A DNA stretch of 64,000 nucleotides from Eimeria praecox (lineage: Eukaryota), in assembly GCA_963920595.1 (NCBI GenBank), contig OY986948.1:4712001-4776000 (forward strand). The letters run 5' to 3'. Made by a program: the position numbers and the translations under genes. Below are positions 1 through 13,061 of this stretch, one piece after another (the stretch's first letter is position 1; each line of letters starts with the position of its first letter). The notes beneath the pieces were generated by a model. The model saw nothing but the letters and a program-made list of their open reading frames with translations, was not told the DNA's origin and did no database searches.

Positions 1-132
1 ACGATTTCTAAAGTATCGTATGTGCTGAATACATTATGCGTAGGAGTATTCGGAAAGCAAGGAAATCTTAAACCAGGGAACTCCATCGCTAGGTGGTGCC
101 TCACTTAACTTTAGTGAAGTAGAACCTAGTCA

Positions 133-2795
133 GCAGCGCCTGAAAGACGCTAAAAAGAAATACCAGGCAGAACTGCTACAGCAGATGCGCGAAAGAGCCG
201 CAGAGCGTGAGGCTGAAAAAGCAAGGAGAAAAAGAGAAGACGAGGAGGAGAGGATTCGTCTAATCAGGGAAATAGAACAGGAGAGGGTGCGCGGTACAAA
301 CGAATACAAATGACGCATTCGGGAGAGCTGTGCTTGGCTCCCGAACTTGTGAGAAATAGCCTCCTAGGTTGTCTGTTGGCGTATGCGTTTCGATGCAGCT
401 TGCAAAGGAAGAAGAAGACGCATTGCAGTTAGTCAGATCAAAGCAGCTCGCTGAAGCCAATGCTGCCACAGTAGGGCCGCCGAAACAGGGGCAACCACGC
501 CAAGGTCCTGGTGCATCTCTCGACAATGATGTGGGCAGCCGGCCAACGTTAACGGGATTCAAGCGGAATGCGCGCGATCAAGAAGAGCCTGGCCAGCCAT
601 TCAGTGAAAACACTATTTATGTTCCCCAAGAAATCGAATTTAGGCGAGATTCAGAAAACGGAGGAAGAGAGCACGAAATTCCCTGCGAAAGATTTCCTCA
701 ACAAATGCCTGCGACTGGCGTTGAAGTTGAACGTTGCCTGCTAATGCGTTTTGAGGCTCTACAAGCTGAAGTGAAATCGCAAACGGAAGAAATGCGCCAC
801 CTAAAGGATCAGCAGCGTCGTGTGCTTCAGCACATCCATCAGGGTACAGTATTTCGCAATGCATGCTGCGAGCGGCAGTGCTACTCCGCAAATGCAAGCG
901 ATTCCTGTGTATGGCACCCCGCGACACACCCACGCCACACGGCTATGAACACGAAGACAACCCCTGAACAGCATGTACTTCAAGCGCAATACGCTTTTGT
1001 CACTACGGTCCTAAAAAATGCGGGGATTTCTGATCCGGAAGATATGATGCGACGGCTTGCTGAAAGTGGAGCTATATCAATGAACTGCGATACTGCCTGC
1101 CCTGGAGTGGTGCCCCTGAACAAAGCCTCTTGCCCGTACAGCAGCGCACCACCCGACAGGCAGGGTCAACTAGTAGAAAAGCTTTCTTTATGTGAAGGGC
1201 AGGGGTGTGGGGTACCTCACGTCAGTTCAACCAAGCTGTCCACCGCGCGTGGGCTGAGCAACTCAAGCTGTTACTCAAACCACGAAGCCAAACCAGACGT
1301 TTTGCCGCAACAAGCAAAGGATGAATGCCAAAGCAGCAAAAACGAAGGCACTCAAGCTGAAGATCCGGAGGACCGCCCGCTACCGGCTCTGCTGAAACGC
1401 CAACAAGAGCCAATTCAGAGGAACCGGGAACCGGACCCGCATCTTCGTGATAGTGCGGCTCATCAACAGCAAGAGCCACTACAGGAGCAAACCATAAAAA
1501 CTGTTAACCCCTCAGAGGTGTCTGGAGAAAAGGAAAGTGATACGGCTGCAGGAAATGGCATTCAAACCAAATGGGAAGACAAGCACGAACCACCCGGTAA
1601 ACCTGTAGGGAGGACAAAACTGAGCACCTCTGCTGATACGCCTGCTGACCGGAAATGGCGGTTTAACGAATTATGGGCATGCTTATCTCATGGTTTCCCC
1701 CCGCCCCCAGCTCTTGGCCCTATCACGCGTGCACCGGATAGGGATCGCGATGATCCAATATCAGTATCCAGTAGCTGGTGCACTACCGAATGCGAGCCTG
1801 AGCTTCCTTGCCAGACTATCTTTGTACCGCACACATCGGATTTCACGACTCCAAGTGCCAGCAAACGACTACAGCAAGGCGTGGCAAGGCAGGGAGAAAA
1901 TTTTCCAAAGGACGGGTGGCTCCCAAGTAGCCAAATGGAAACGCTAGAAGAGTCTACTGCCCAGACATATATGCCTGAAGTGCACGGCCACCTCAGCAGG
2001 CAAGCACAGGAGCTTTACGAGACATTTGTTTCAAGAGTGGAAGGTGGGATAGCACATGAGGGAGTCAGTGTGGCAAAGGATACGCCTAAACTGATGGCGG
2101 GAAGGAGAGAAGAGGCCAGCAGATTCAAAGAATCCAATACGCACCAAGAGAGACAGCCTCTTGTACCCCGAGCTGAAGCGGGTTTCACTGGAAGCAAAAA
2201 CATGATATGCGATGATCAGCTGTGGCCGGGCCACGATCAACAAATATGCAGGGCGCTAAGTGTCGATGCTGCCCCTTTGAAGCTTCAGCAGCTTCGAAAG
2301 TGGGACTTCCAGATTCGCCAAAAGTACACCGCGGATGTCCCTCTTAAGGAGCGCTGTCTCCACCACCTTCAAACCGTAGCGAACCAGGCAGAGCCCCAAG
2401 GCAGCCCTACACAGAACACTTGCTTGCCACGTGTCCAGGAGCGATTCAAATCTAGACTATCGTGGGAAGCTGACACGGCACTCCCTACGGATGAAGGCTC
2501 CCCGGCCCAGTCACACGTAACGAAGGCACAAGTTAGCACATTCGGGCCTCGTCCATTCGTCCCACTGCTCCAGGCACCACTGTCACCCACAGCTCGACAA
2601 GAACAAAATCGCGCTGCGCAGGCCAACGTAGAGAGCACCAGCCCCACGCCCGCAAAACCACCTAGTAAGCACGTCTTGCCCTTGGATAAATCTACTCGCT
2701 CATCATCGGTCAACGCTTTCAACAAAAAGTCGCGCTTTACCAGAGCGTTTTGGGGGGCCATGCTTCCGCGGAGCAACTCAAGAACGCGTCAGTAA
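133..2795 (+). CDS. Hypothetical protein with an N-terminal charged coiled coil and long low-complexity remainder (spliced; 5' end uncertain or outside the window)
   Basis: Exon ~133-286 reads QRLKDAKKKYQAELLQQMRERAAEREAEKARRKREDEEERIRLIREIEQER, followed by a GT..AG intron (~287-398) that joins the 808-codon open frame ending in TAA at 2795. No catalytic motif recognised. Confidence 0.65.
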
Positions 2796-3417
2796 ATATG
2801 CTTCCCCCTTGTACTCGAAAACAATCATGATAGCGAATCAGTTAATGAAACCTTCTCTTCCATACTCCGTTCAAGCTCGTTAGTTAGGCACCAATGAAAC
2901 TTTCTCTTGCATTTGCTGTTTAAGCTTGTTGGTTAGGCGCCTCTCAACACCCCCTAAAACTTGCCTGATCACGACCTTTCCCCGCGCAATCTTACAAAAT
3001 GTATTAACTACCATCCTACAGTGGATTTCTGACGACGATCCTTGAACGGAGAATATTCCAGAGTATCTATTCTAAGATGTCAGCGTAGTACCGCAGTTGC
3101 ACGCCCTGCTACGCTGCAGGCGACAGCAAAAGAAAGCCTCGTAGGCTGTGATCGTGGGCAGTTTTGCTGCAGACCCCAGCAACGACGGCAGTTAGCAGCC
3201 AGAAACTAACGTACATTGTACTCATATTCTAGTCTTTGTATCTAAAGGGTCGTAATTATTGCTAGTGCTCACTCGACCTGGGCGCGCAGGCTGTGTGCAA
3301 TGCCTGACTAGCATGACTTGTATTGGCTATCTGGAGCAGTAAGTGCGGAAGAGGAAGCAGTCTCGAAATAACATCTTACACAAACGCCTTAGTGGTTTTG
3401 CGAGTTATAGGAAATAA

Positions 3418-6400
3418 TTAATCGATTGGCTGCTGGTTTGGCAGCCCACCCCAGGTCTGTGGATACCACTTTGGAAATACTCGGCGATATAGGGGCAGCA
3501 GAACCTACGGGCAGCACGATAAATCAATGCCCTTCTAGACATTCATTCGCCTCATTACGGGAAAGGCAGCCGTAGGGATGCAACTAGCCCACATCAAACT
3601 AAAAACAACCAAGCAACCTGCATTATTCAGGGCCTAGCAACAGAGGATTTCTCTCCTAGCTGTGTTATCCAACGCAAAGTACCATATCTGCCATGGCTTG
3701 TGAGAAACGTTCACACTTCAGCTTATGCCGGGAGAACACTGCCAGCAGGACAATCTACAAACGCGTGTAACCACTGCACAGGTAATTTGCTGCATGAATG
3801 ACTTGGTGACTGCGCTTGTGTTGGTAACCACCGAGCACCTTACCTCATCATTTTGCTTTAGGTAGTCACTAAATTTGCACTTCATGTATCCATGAGTACC
3901 CAATGGCTCGACAATATTTCCGCGCAGCCCTCTCTTTGTGTGCAGCTCAACTGGAGCAAACCACCTGCACGCAAGTGACCATACGCACGCTCTCCCGATA
4001 GGCTGGCACGGCCCTATGCAGCTATATGCATCGTTTCAGCGCTTTCAGTGGGCCTTGAGGGTTAGATGACACAAAATTCACACCTGCTGCAAGGAGTATG
4101 GAAACTGCTGCCTTAGGGCTTCCAGTAAAAGTTACACCACTCACCGCACGTCGTCGGGATTGAAAAACATGAACCGCACAACTGCCTTGCGCCTGTGAAC
4201 CTTGAATGGATGACCACTGAGGAGTACACGTTTAATAATCAAACGGCTACTCGCTCTATTCACTGGAAGAACGGAGCCCCATGCTGTAATGCGCACTTTG
4301 TCGGATGCTGCTCAGTTCACAATTCACAGCAGATTGAAAAACACCGGCAATTGTGGAAATGATTGCAGCATGCCCTCCCATGCACCATGAAAACAAGAGC
4401 GTCTTCCGTCTATGTCCGTACCTGATTGGTCAGACCGAAGCATGATGCAGGGCGACGGTGGCAGTACCAGTGGTGAGTATACAGTCGCTGTAACGGTTGT
4501 GCCTGGTTCTGCCCAGCGCTTAAGTTTCCACTTCGCTGCGCTACGCACGCCGTGCCTCGGCTCTTCTGAATAAATTGGGGAGGCCGGGAATCTACAAAAT
4601 TCAGGGAGAGCCAAACATAAGTGGCAAAGGCATATGAGCCAAAAGAAGCATGCGTAAATGGCCAGTGATGCATCTGCACGTGCAAATGCAGGGAAATTCA
4701 CCTTCGGAATCCGCATGCCATCAACAGGGGATCCTTGCCCTTTATTGGCGCATCATCACAAAAAGTTACTTGGGTGTGAACTACCGCCACCTGGCTCTCG
4801 TGCTGCAGCAGCTGAGACACTAAAAGAAAATCGGGAACTATCACATCTTTATCTGTGCTGGCTATAGCACCAGGCGCAAGACTCTGAACATGAACAGCAA
4901 AGCGATTAGCCACCCGCCGAGCCATCGCGTCGACCAAAGCCTCCTCAAGTTCCTTGCCACTCAGAGGGGGATGCTGCTGCACCAGCTGCTGTAACATGTA
5001 TGAATGACGCAGCGGCATCAACAGGCGGCAAAACCTTCCTGAGAATCCTCCTGTGGGCTGACACATTTCTGCATGAGCGCGGTGAGCATATGCCGCCAAA
5101 CCCTGACGACCACACAACGCAGGGGTGAGATAGTGGAGAGAATGCAACAGCGGAATCCTTTAGCCCCTCCCCCCCCCCCTCAAAAAAAATAAAAAAAAAA
5201 TGGATAAATAAAGAAATCGTCAGCATGTTAGGCGCTCATCACATGACAAAGGGCAAGCAAGTGCACAAAATCATCTACCTTCACGCTGGATACATCGATA
5301 ATGCGCCCGTAGCCCAGAGGCAAGTCTTCATTCTGAGGCCAAGGAGACGATCGGAAGCTCTTTAAGCCGCGGTACTTCTGGAAGCGCTCCTTCGCAGGAA
5401 TATCCAACGGAGTGTCGACCTGAGCTCGGCGCGTCACAGCCAACAAGGGCAGTGCTGTCGCCTCTCCATCAAGCTTGTTGCAAGGGTAACATGGTGCAAC
5501 GAACATTTTTGAACTTACTTGGTCTGGAAACTCTCTCTCCATCTCTGCCGCCTCCCGACGTTGGGCGGCATACGCCTCACTGAGCACCAAACAACCGACA
5601 TAATCCCTCACCGCACAATACCGAGCATTGCTTGCTTACGGGTGCTTACACCCTTGATGAAGGGGTCTCCTCCCCAATACTGATGTCCAAATTTAAACTA
5701 CAAACAACTATCCGGACGCACTTATCTGTTTTCATTTGCTGTTGTTCTGCACCGTTTAAAGGCTTCCAATCATCCTCTGCTTCATCAGGTGCGCTCGACG
5801 CAGGTTCAACGTCCGCTGCGAAAGACACCATACCTAAAGAGCATCCTTAGTCCGCTTTACATCTGGGTGAGATCCTACCAGCGGCTGCACCGAACAGCGG
5901 CTGCACCGAATTTTGCGGTAGTGCAAGAAGAAGAAGCGCAGAGGAACTCGAAGGCTTACCACAAGCACCCCCTTCAGGTTGCATATCGACGTCGCTGTTT
6001 GTATTTACCTCCTCGCGGTCGTCATCAGTGCCGTCTGTGTCTGACTCTAGCCAAGCTCGCTCGTAATCCCCTACATCCTTAGGGACGCGGACACGCCTCT
6101 TGTGAGCAGCTGGCAAAGTTTCTTCATGGCCGGCCATCTCGTCTTCTGTGGGCCAGGTTTGCTCCAAGGCAGCCACGTCTAGTGGCTGCAAGGGTTGGGA
6201 TGCTTCGATTACTTCTGTGGAGAGGCGGCACATGCACACCGAGTTCCGCATTCTTAGCCACTGGAAAAGGCAACCTCAACAGCAAACGGCTCCATGAATG
6301 CATCAGGCCGGACCTTAGACGGCTGTGCACGGTTTGTTGAGCAACGGAGACTAACCTTGCAGGCTTTCCTCAAGGGATTCCATTTCAGTTGTCGTATGAC

Positions 6401-8005
6401 CTGATGCAGCGGACTCCCGCCGTTTCGGCGCTGGCCCCACAGGCTCAATCCTGGAAAGCACGAAGTCGCCAACGCCTGTAATGTGCACAGGCAGCCTACA
6501 AGTCCGCAACGCATAAACGAAGCCGGCTGCTTGCTCGCGCATTCCACTACAGGGCCGAATATTCCTGCATGAGCTCGTTATGGCACAGGCGGGCAACGGG
6601 ACAGACACTCGAATTGTGACACAAATATGTGCATGCACAACGATAGCTCTTGGTTGCTCACTTGCAAGTGAGGCCGGCTCCTCGGACAAGTCCCCAAGCT
6701 TCAAGGCAGGGCTCAGGTTGCACCGTAGGGTTTTCCGACAAGGAGTGCCACCCTATACGCCAGCTCAAAGCGAGTAAGTGCCCGCGCCTTCTGCAAGCAG
6801 CTGCTTCCGCTCCTTTTGCTAAATTTTTCGCACTTAGGTCGGTCTGGGTCAATGCAGCAGCTGCCCCCAATGCCCGCAAAACATTGCGCCAGTCCGATGA
6901 ATTTGCGATGCTAAAGAACTTTCTACAGAACACAGCGCAGCACGCCAAAAGCACACTTAACGCTGACTGAGTTATATCGTGCTCGGCGGGTGGTGAGGGG
7001 AGCAGTGAGAGCGGTGGTCCAAGGAAAATTCCCACTATGACGGTGTTCCCCGTCAGCTTTTGAAATAAACTCTGTGATGCATGACAGCTGCCCAACGACC
7101 TATTTGCCTAAGACAGGGTTCGGGGATGACTTTTAATGTATTTACCTTTCGGCGCCAAACTCGGATTCAAAGAAGCGGCGCATGAACCTCAGACTTTCGT
7201 TCGCTGCACATTTTCCCTGGACGGCGCCCGGAGGGTCTATCAAGGAAGGATCTACACAGCCGATGCCGATCACCGAAGGCGGGAGGCCCTGAAGCTTGAG
7301 GGCCTGGAGTACTTTGTATCCCCGGCTACTAAAGGCACTGTTTTCATAATTGCAGTTGCCGCCAAAGAGGCATACCAACACGTCACAGCAACTGCAAAGA
7401 TCCATATACCTCAGCAGCTCACTTGGGCGTTCTGGTTGTCCCCCCTCCTGTTGCATTGCTTCGCCTGTCTCCGCTTCGTGTATGCGCGGCGCAGGGACGA
7501 GCAACACCTGTTGGTGGTGTCTTTTCGGTATTTCTGGGTTCCGTGCATATGCAGGCAATGTAAATAAGTAGCGGCAGTGATTCGGAAGGCTTTGGAAGGG
7601 CTGCTCCTTCACACCATTACTACCCATTACGGTCCCATCTTCCTCCATATCCCCATCCGACACCCCGCTAACCACCGCCCCATCCTTGCATACCAGTTGT
7701 CCCGTTAGCTCATTGAAGACGCGGTCGATACATATGGAATCCGAAAAAGGGAGGAGGAGGACTACCTTGGGGGGTGGGCCCGCGTTACTTGATATTTGCT
7801 GCTGGTGATGGTCACGGCGCAGCTGAAGGCGGCGCTGCTTAGAACGTTGCACACGCTCAGATTTCGTGATAGGCCTGTTGATGGAAAGAGCTGACGCATT
7901 TGTTGCCGCAATTCTTCGCTTTTCTTTGAGGGTTTTAGGCTTGGAAGATGACCCCTTAAATGCCTTGTTCTGCTGTTTCAGAATCGAACGATGGCGTTGA
8001 CCCAT
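3418..8005 (-). CDS. TSR1: Pre-rRNA-processing / 40S ribosome biogenesis factor TSR1 (BMS1/TSR1 family), multi-exon
   Basis: N-terminus [129 protein letters not shown]; last exon 3504-3418 reads [28 protein letters not shown] after a TAG acceptor. Confidence 0.93.
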
Positions 8006-11000
8006 GGTGCCGTGTGAGGCGGAAGATGGATTTGCTGAATGTCTGCACTATGAATGACACTGAGGATATGTGCAGAGCAGACAGGCGTATTGACGGTCTT
8101 CAGTTCCTGTGGAGGCCCAATATTGTAGGAAGGTGGGTGCCCAAGCCCTCGCAGCATCACCCCCAATATCCACAGTTCACAAGTGCAAGCCTAAAGGGAT
8201 CTCTATCCACTGGAAACTTAAGATTCAAAGATATGTGCTAAAATGATTCTGGTATTCTTCAGATACGCAGAGCATGCCCCTCTCGAAGCCCTTAGCGCAT
8301 TTGCCCACGGCATCATCCAGCCCCATAGATTGCAATTGTTTCACTTTAGTACACGATACGTGACAGTTCCTACAAATTAGTACGAGTAAACCTACGTTTT
8401 GTTTACTAAATTATGGCATTTCACGTGGTATTGCAGCTTTACTGCAGTACACTGGACTACCGTGTCCCACACACGCTGAGCAATTTGATCTGGCCCTGGT
8501 GCTGTGCATACCGGTTTCTGCGTGTTGGTGGGATTCGTGTCCCTACTTGCTCGCCGGCGCACGGTAGAGGACAAAATAAGTGCCTAACTGCACTCTACGG
8601 TACAGTCTGCAAGGCCAGCACATGTCGCAAATGGGTACTGGCCGTGCGGGCATGTGGGGCTGCCTTGAAACACTAGCTGAAGCTGCGTTGCAGCCCTTGG
8701 CAGGCCCACTCGTTTTCCTCGCCAGCCGATGCCCTTGCGCATCTTTGCCTAAGGCACCTGGAGGCGGAAAGGGAGAACAGGTGCTTTTTGCTTGCAGCGC
8801 ACAACAGTGCATGACTAAGGTCGAGGGTTCTTGTTACAGTGCGAGTACGAACATTACAAGGAGTATGCTCCAGATATCTCGTATCTTCTTGGTGTTGCGC
8901 CTTTTCCTGCTCGACAATTTGTGGCTGCATCCTATGCTGGTGCAACGCTTCTTGCTGCATCTCTTGCTGTTGTATCGGCTGACGTTGGAGCTTCGGTTCC
9001 TCGGGCTGAGGGTTCTGCGGCAACTCCCTAGGCCAAAATATGCATTCCTTCCCCAGCACATACAAAAGAATGGCCGTTTCCTAGACAAGGCCCGTCCTCA
9101 GCATGCTGTATAGCTGGTGGAAGGAAATCAGTCGCACCGTCCAGGTGCACAGGCATTCACTAGCAAGAGTCTACCATACCTCCACCCAAATTCCAAAACG
9201 ACCCCATCCCACTCGTCCAGGATTCCAGCCCCTTTTTGTCAGAGAAAAGAGCCTGAAATGCCACCACTGGTGCTGCTGCTGCCGCCGCTTCAGCAGCGGC
9301 TTCTGCTGCTGCGGTAGCAAGACGCCTTCAGGACTGTCTTCCTGCTTGCACAGCGGTACACAGGGATTACCTAGGATTTTACTGCCAGGCGAACACGCGC
9401 TCCATGCACTTGTGTTATGGCTGAGAGCTGCAGAGGGAGCAGGTAGCCCTTTCCTGCGCTGAGACCGTCTTGCCACTGGTGGTCTATTGCCAACTGCCGG
9501 CTGGGGTGGGAAGCCGGTATAAAACCGGAGATAAAGAAGATTCTCCCAGCAAAGAAATGCAGAACCCAAACCTAAACAAACAAATGGCATAGAATAAAAT
9601 TGCCTGCCAACCTACTAACCCTCTCGGCTTTCGGCTGACGCTCGGTGTACGGTTAGGTGGGCGAGGCAACTGCGGCACCCAAGAGAGGCCGGGCCACAAC
9701 GCTTAGCGGACAGCATTCAAACAGTTAAACTCGGTAGCCTGTAGCTGAATAAGAGTCTGGAAGGTGCTGTTACTGATGGAAAACAGCAAATTAGACAGCC
9801 CCATTGAGGCGGTGTGGGGCGGAAGGGGGATGAAGATGTAATCACCCCCCAACACTGGTCTTTGACCAATTCTAGAGGGGCAGCTACTTGTGCAACTGTT
9901 GGCAGTGTTAGTGTTGCTGCTACGCCGCCGCCTACCTGCTGCTGTTGTTGGTTTTAGTGCCCCTTCCCAGCATCGTTCTTCGCCCGCTTCTGTTGGTGCT
10001 TGGGTGTTAACCGGACCGAATCCCCCAAAGCTGTGGTTTTCGTAAGACCATAAAGACGGAGCACATGCATTTCTGCGTCGTTTCCTGCAGTGCCTTTGTA
10101 CTGAATAGGAACCTCTTCGCTCCTTTCTCCTTGGGACACTGACTCAACTCATTCTACTTGGAGAATGCAAATGTTGTTGGCAGCGCTGTGAGGTGAGGTC
10201 TCTCATCGCTTCCGTGCAATGTGTGCCTTAACAGTGCCGTCTGGAGGCAGCATGCATGCGCCCTCCACTGAGTCAAGCCTCGGCATAGTGAACTGATCCA
10301 GCATAGAACTCCCGTGTCATAGTCGTGACCCGTTTTTGAATAGAACTCGCATTTTGCCCCCACACGCCTATCAATTCTTTACTTCTGTCTGTCGTCCGCA
10401 GAGCGCAGTCACAGAGCTTGCGCCAACGGATGGGGCGGTAGATTGCACCTCCTCATCGTAATTTCGGCTATTAGACCCACTTGGCATTGTGCGTTGACTA
10501 GCGCTAGCAACTCCTGACCATTCGTAAGAGCTTAGAAAAGCACAGAGTTCACTCGAGGAGGACATACCTGTGCGACTGTCGCCTCTTTCGATCCCTGCAG
10601 TGCGCCCCGCTTTGCGTGAGGGCCCGGGCTTTTGGCTGCTCGCTTTGTTTGTTCCCCTGGCGGCCCTGTTTTACGCCCTGCGTTACGGCCTGCTTCTCGA
10701 AGGCCTTAGCTTTCTTCATGCCTCTGCAATCTTGAAATTTTGCGAACTTATCTATTGTTGCGGAAGCATGCAGCCCGCTCTGTAGGTTCTTCGCTGGCTG
10801 CTGTCGGGTACCGCTTCTAATCCTTTGTGGACTGGTCTAGCATTCAGTGCCCCACTACCCGTAGGCTCTAAATCTGGGCCGTTCCCAAACCCTCTTTCTT
10901 CTTATTCATCTTGGGACGTGGATGCGGTACTTCACTATCGGAGAGGATTCAATTGTTTCACCCCTTAGCTCCCCATCCGTGGCCAGGCGGGTTGCTGATC

Positions 11001-11574
11001 GCCTCTGTGGGAGACAGCCCTGATATAAACCAAGCATATGGAAGCACCGGGTTAACCACTGAAATTCTATGTAGCAATGACTGTAACCTAGTTAAAAATG
11101 GTCTTTTTAGTTTTCGAAAACCGTCTCTCCTACTCACTAAGCCGCCTTGCAGCGGCGGGTCGCGATTCGTTGCTTTGATCTGCCCCTATAAACCGTGAGC
11201 CATGCGGTGCTACCCAGTGTTACGAGGGGCCCACGATCTTATCGGGGAACTGCCGTGAGCTGCAATAGATTCAAAATTTTACAGAAAGAGCTTACAAAGG
11301 CAGATAAAATTCCGTCCTGCTCCAAGGCGTCCTGAGCACCGCTTTCCAAGGGCCTGTGTTGAAAGGTACACCGGGGGCGGCCTTTCAGGCGACTGAACGC
11401 AGAGTGTTGTACTTAGGACAGCACGACAGCCCCCAGATGCACGCAAAGCCAGTAACGATCGACTAGGTGCTTGTCGATTGTACAGCGTAGCGTGCACTGT
11501 CTTTATACGCTTACTTAATCCTTCGTAGTCATCCTGCTGGGATACGAGACCAAACATCACGCAGAGTACATTAC

Positions 11575-11697
11575 ATCCTCGCCCTTAACCAAAGAGCGTC
11601 ATGCAATAAAGTTAAAGACGTAGGGGAAGAGTTCCAGATCCTCGGTCTTAACCAAAGAGCGTCATGCAATAAAGTTAAAGACGTAGGGGAAGAGTTC
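11575..11697. repeat. Direct tandem duplication, 63-bp period, 2 copies
   Basis: cttaaccaaagagcgtcatgcaataaagttaaagacgtaggggaagagttc occurs at 11584 and 11647, each preceded by atcctcg. Confidence 0.9.
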
Positions 11698-13061
11698 TCA
11701 AGGAGCAGTTATTTCCCATCCAAACTAAAGGCCTCCCGGGAAAAGCTGCCTTAAGCCGCTACACCTGGTGGGGAGAATAGCCGGCCTGTCATGGGCTGCG
11801 ACGCAGGGGTTGTGCACACGAATCAAACACGTAATAAGAGTTCTCGATCTTAGACGAATGTCTCAGTGCACTGCAATAGAGTCAAGGACTTAAGGGTATT
11901 GCTGCCCAAAAATCGACTGGCCACCTTACGTGCTTCCCTGGCATCAGTTACAGCGCATCCTGCTGCCCACTAGTGCCACTAGTGCTGCAGGGCAGCCTCA
12001 CGTGCAAGCAGAAGATAACCATCTTCGCTGCATCTATTATCTCTGCAGACTGTTCCTGAGCCTTTCTACCTGCGTGCATGCAGACTGTCAAGGCCATTTG
12101 AATGCTCGCATGCTAACTTCCGAAAGACCATGCTGTAGCGTGCACGCAAAACCAGTGCCTCTGTGCTGCATGAGCTAGCAGTGTAGACTGTAGTGTAGAC
12201 TGTCTTAAACACTTACTTGATCCTCCATAGGGACACTACAAGCGAGTGTGGATACAACTACCAACACGACGCGGAGATGTTCCAGTCGGTGACCGAGCAC
12301 ACTGCAACAGCAATACGAAGAGGAGGTGAGATGATGCGTTGGCAAACGAGTAAACAGTGATACCCATTGTTTGATTCTCAAGCGCATGATAATTGATATA
12401 CACCCCATCATTGGAGGTCTTTGCAATGCGATGCTGGCACGCAAAATCTCAGCGTAGCTGTGTTGCCAGCACCTCTCGGCAGTGCCAGACGCCCGTTGCA
12501 TGCATTGCGTCCGAAGTCGTCAAATGAAGGAAAAAGGTACTTAACTCTTTCGTAAGATCAGCCATATTTATTTTCTCGGCGACCTTGATTTCTTGAGTTA
12601 CCTGACTCGGATTTTAGTCTCACTGCCTTTGACCAGACAACCAGCTACGTATAACCGTATCGTATGATCAATCAACCACATGGAAGACAACGGTTCTGAC
12701 AGAGCCTTGCATGTTTCCCTAGCTTCAAGTGAAGTTCAAGTTTGTACTCTTATTTTGTGTCTCGCATCCTGTAAGGGGTTCCTCGATATTGGTTGCCGTT
12801 TCTGTTGATAGGGAGCGTCCGGCTCCCTCCGGTTTGGGAGATACAGTGCCTTGTGGAGTTCCTTCAAGAGCAGGCTGCAGGAAGAGAAGTGGCGTAAATC
12901 TATTGTCTCATTTTGGGGACTTCAGGGATGCATACATCTTGGCCCCAGCCTTGGGCCCTGCAGACGCCAAAACCTGTACAACAACGATTTAGCTTCAACA
13001 CTGGCACCGCAGACCGTAGGCTTCCACAGGCATTAGGAAAGGCCTCTCTATAGCTGCATTA

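Noticed and set aside
133..286. CCDC66/CSPP1-like assignment for the first gene
   Set aside because: Resemblance rests on a generic charged coiled coil; insufficient for a gene symbol.
5165..5200. Poly-C followed by poly-A tract
   Set aside because: Simple homopolymers inside a TSR1 intron; no retroposed-insert hallmarks.
12205..12501. ORF containing LEHLRVVL, reminiscent of gypsy RT
   Set aside because: No YxDD equivalent and wrong spacing from the LQR motif; likely chance.
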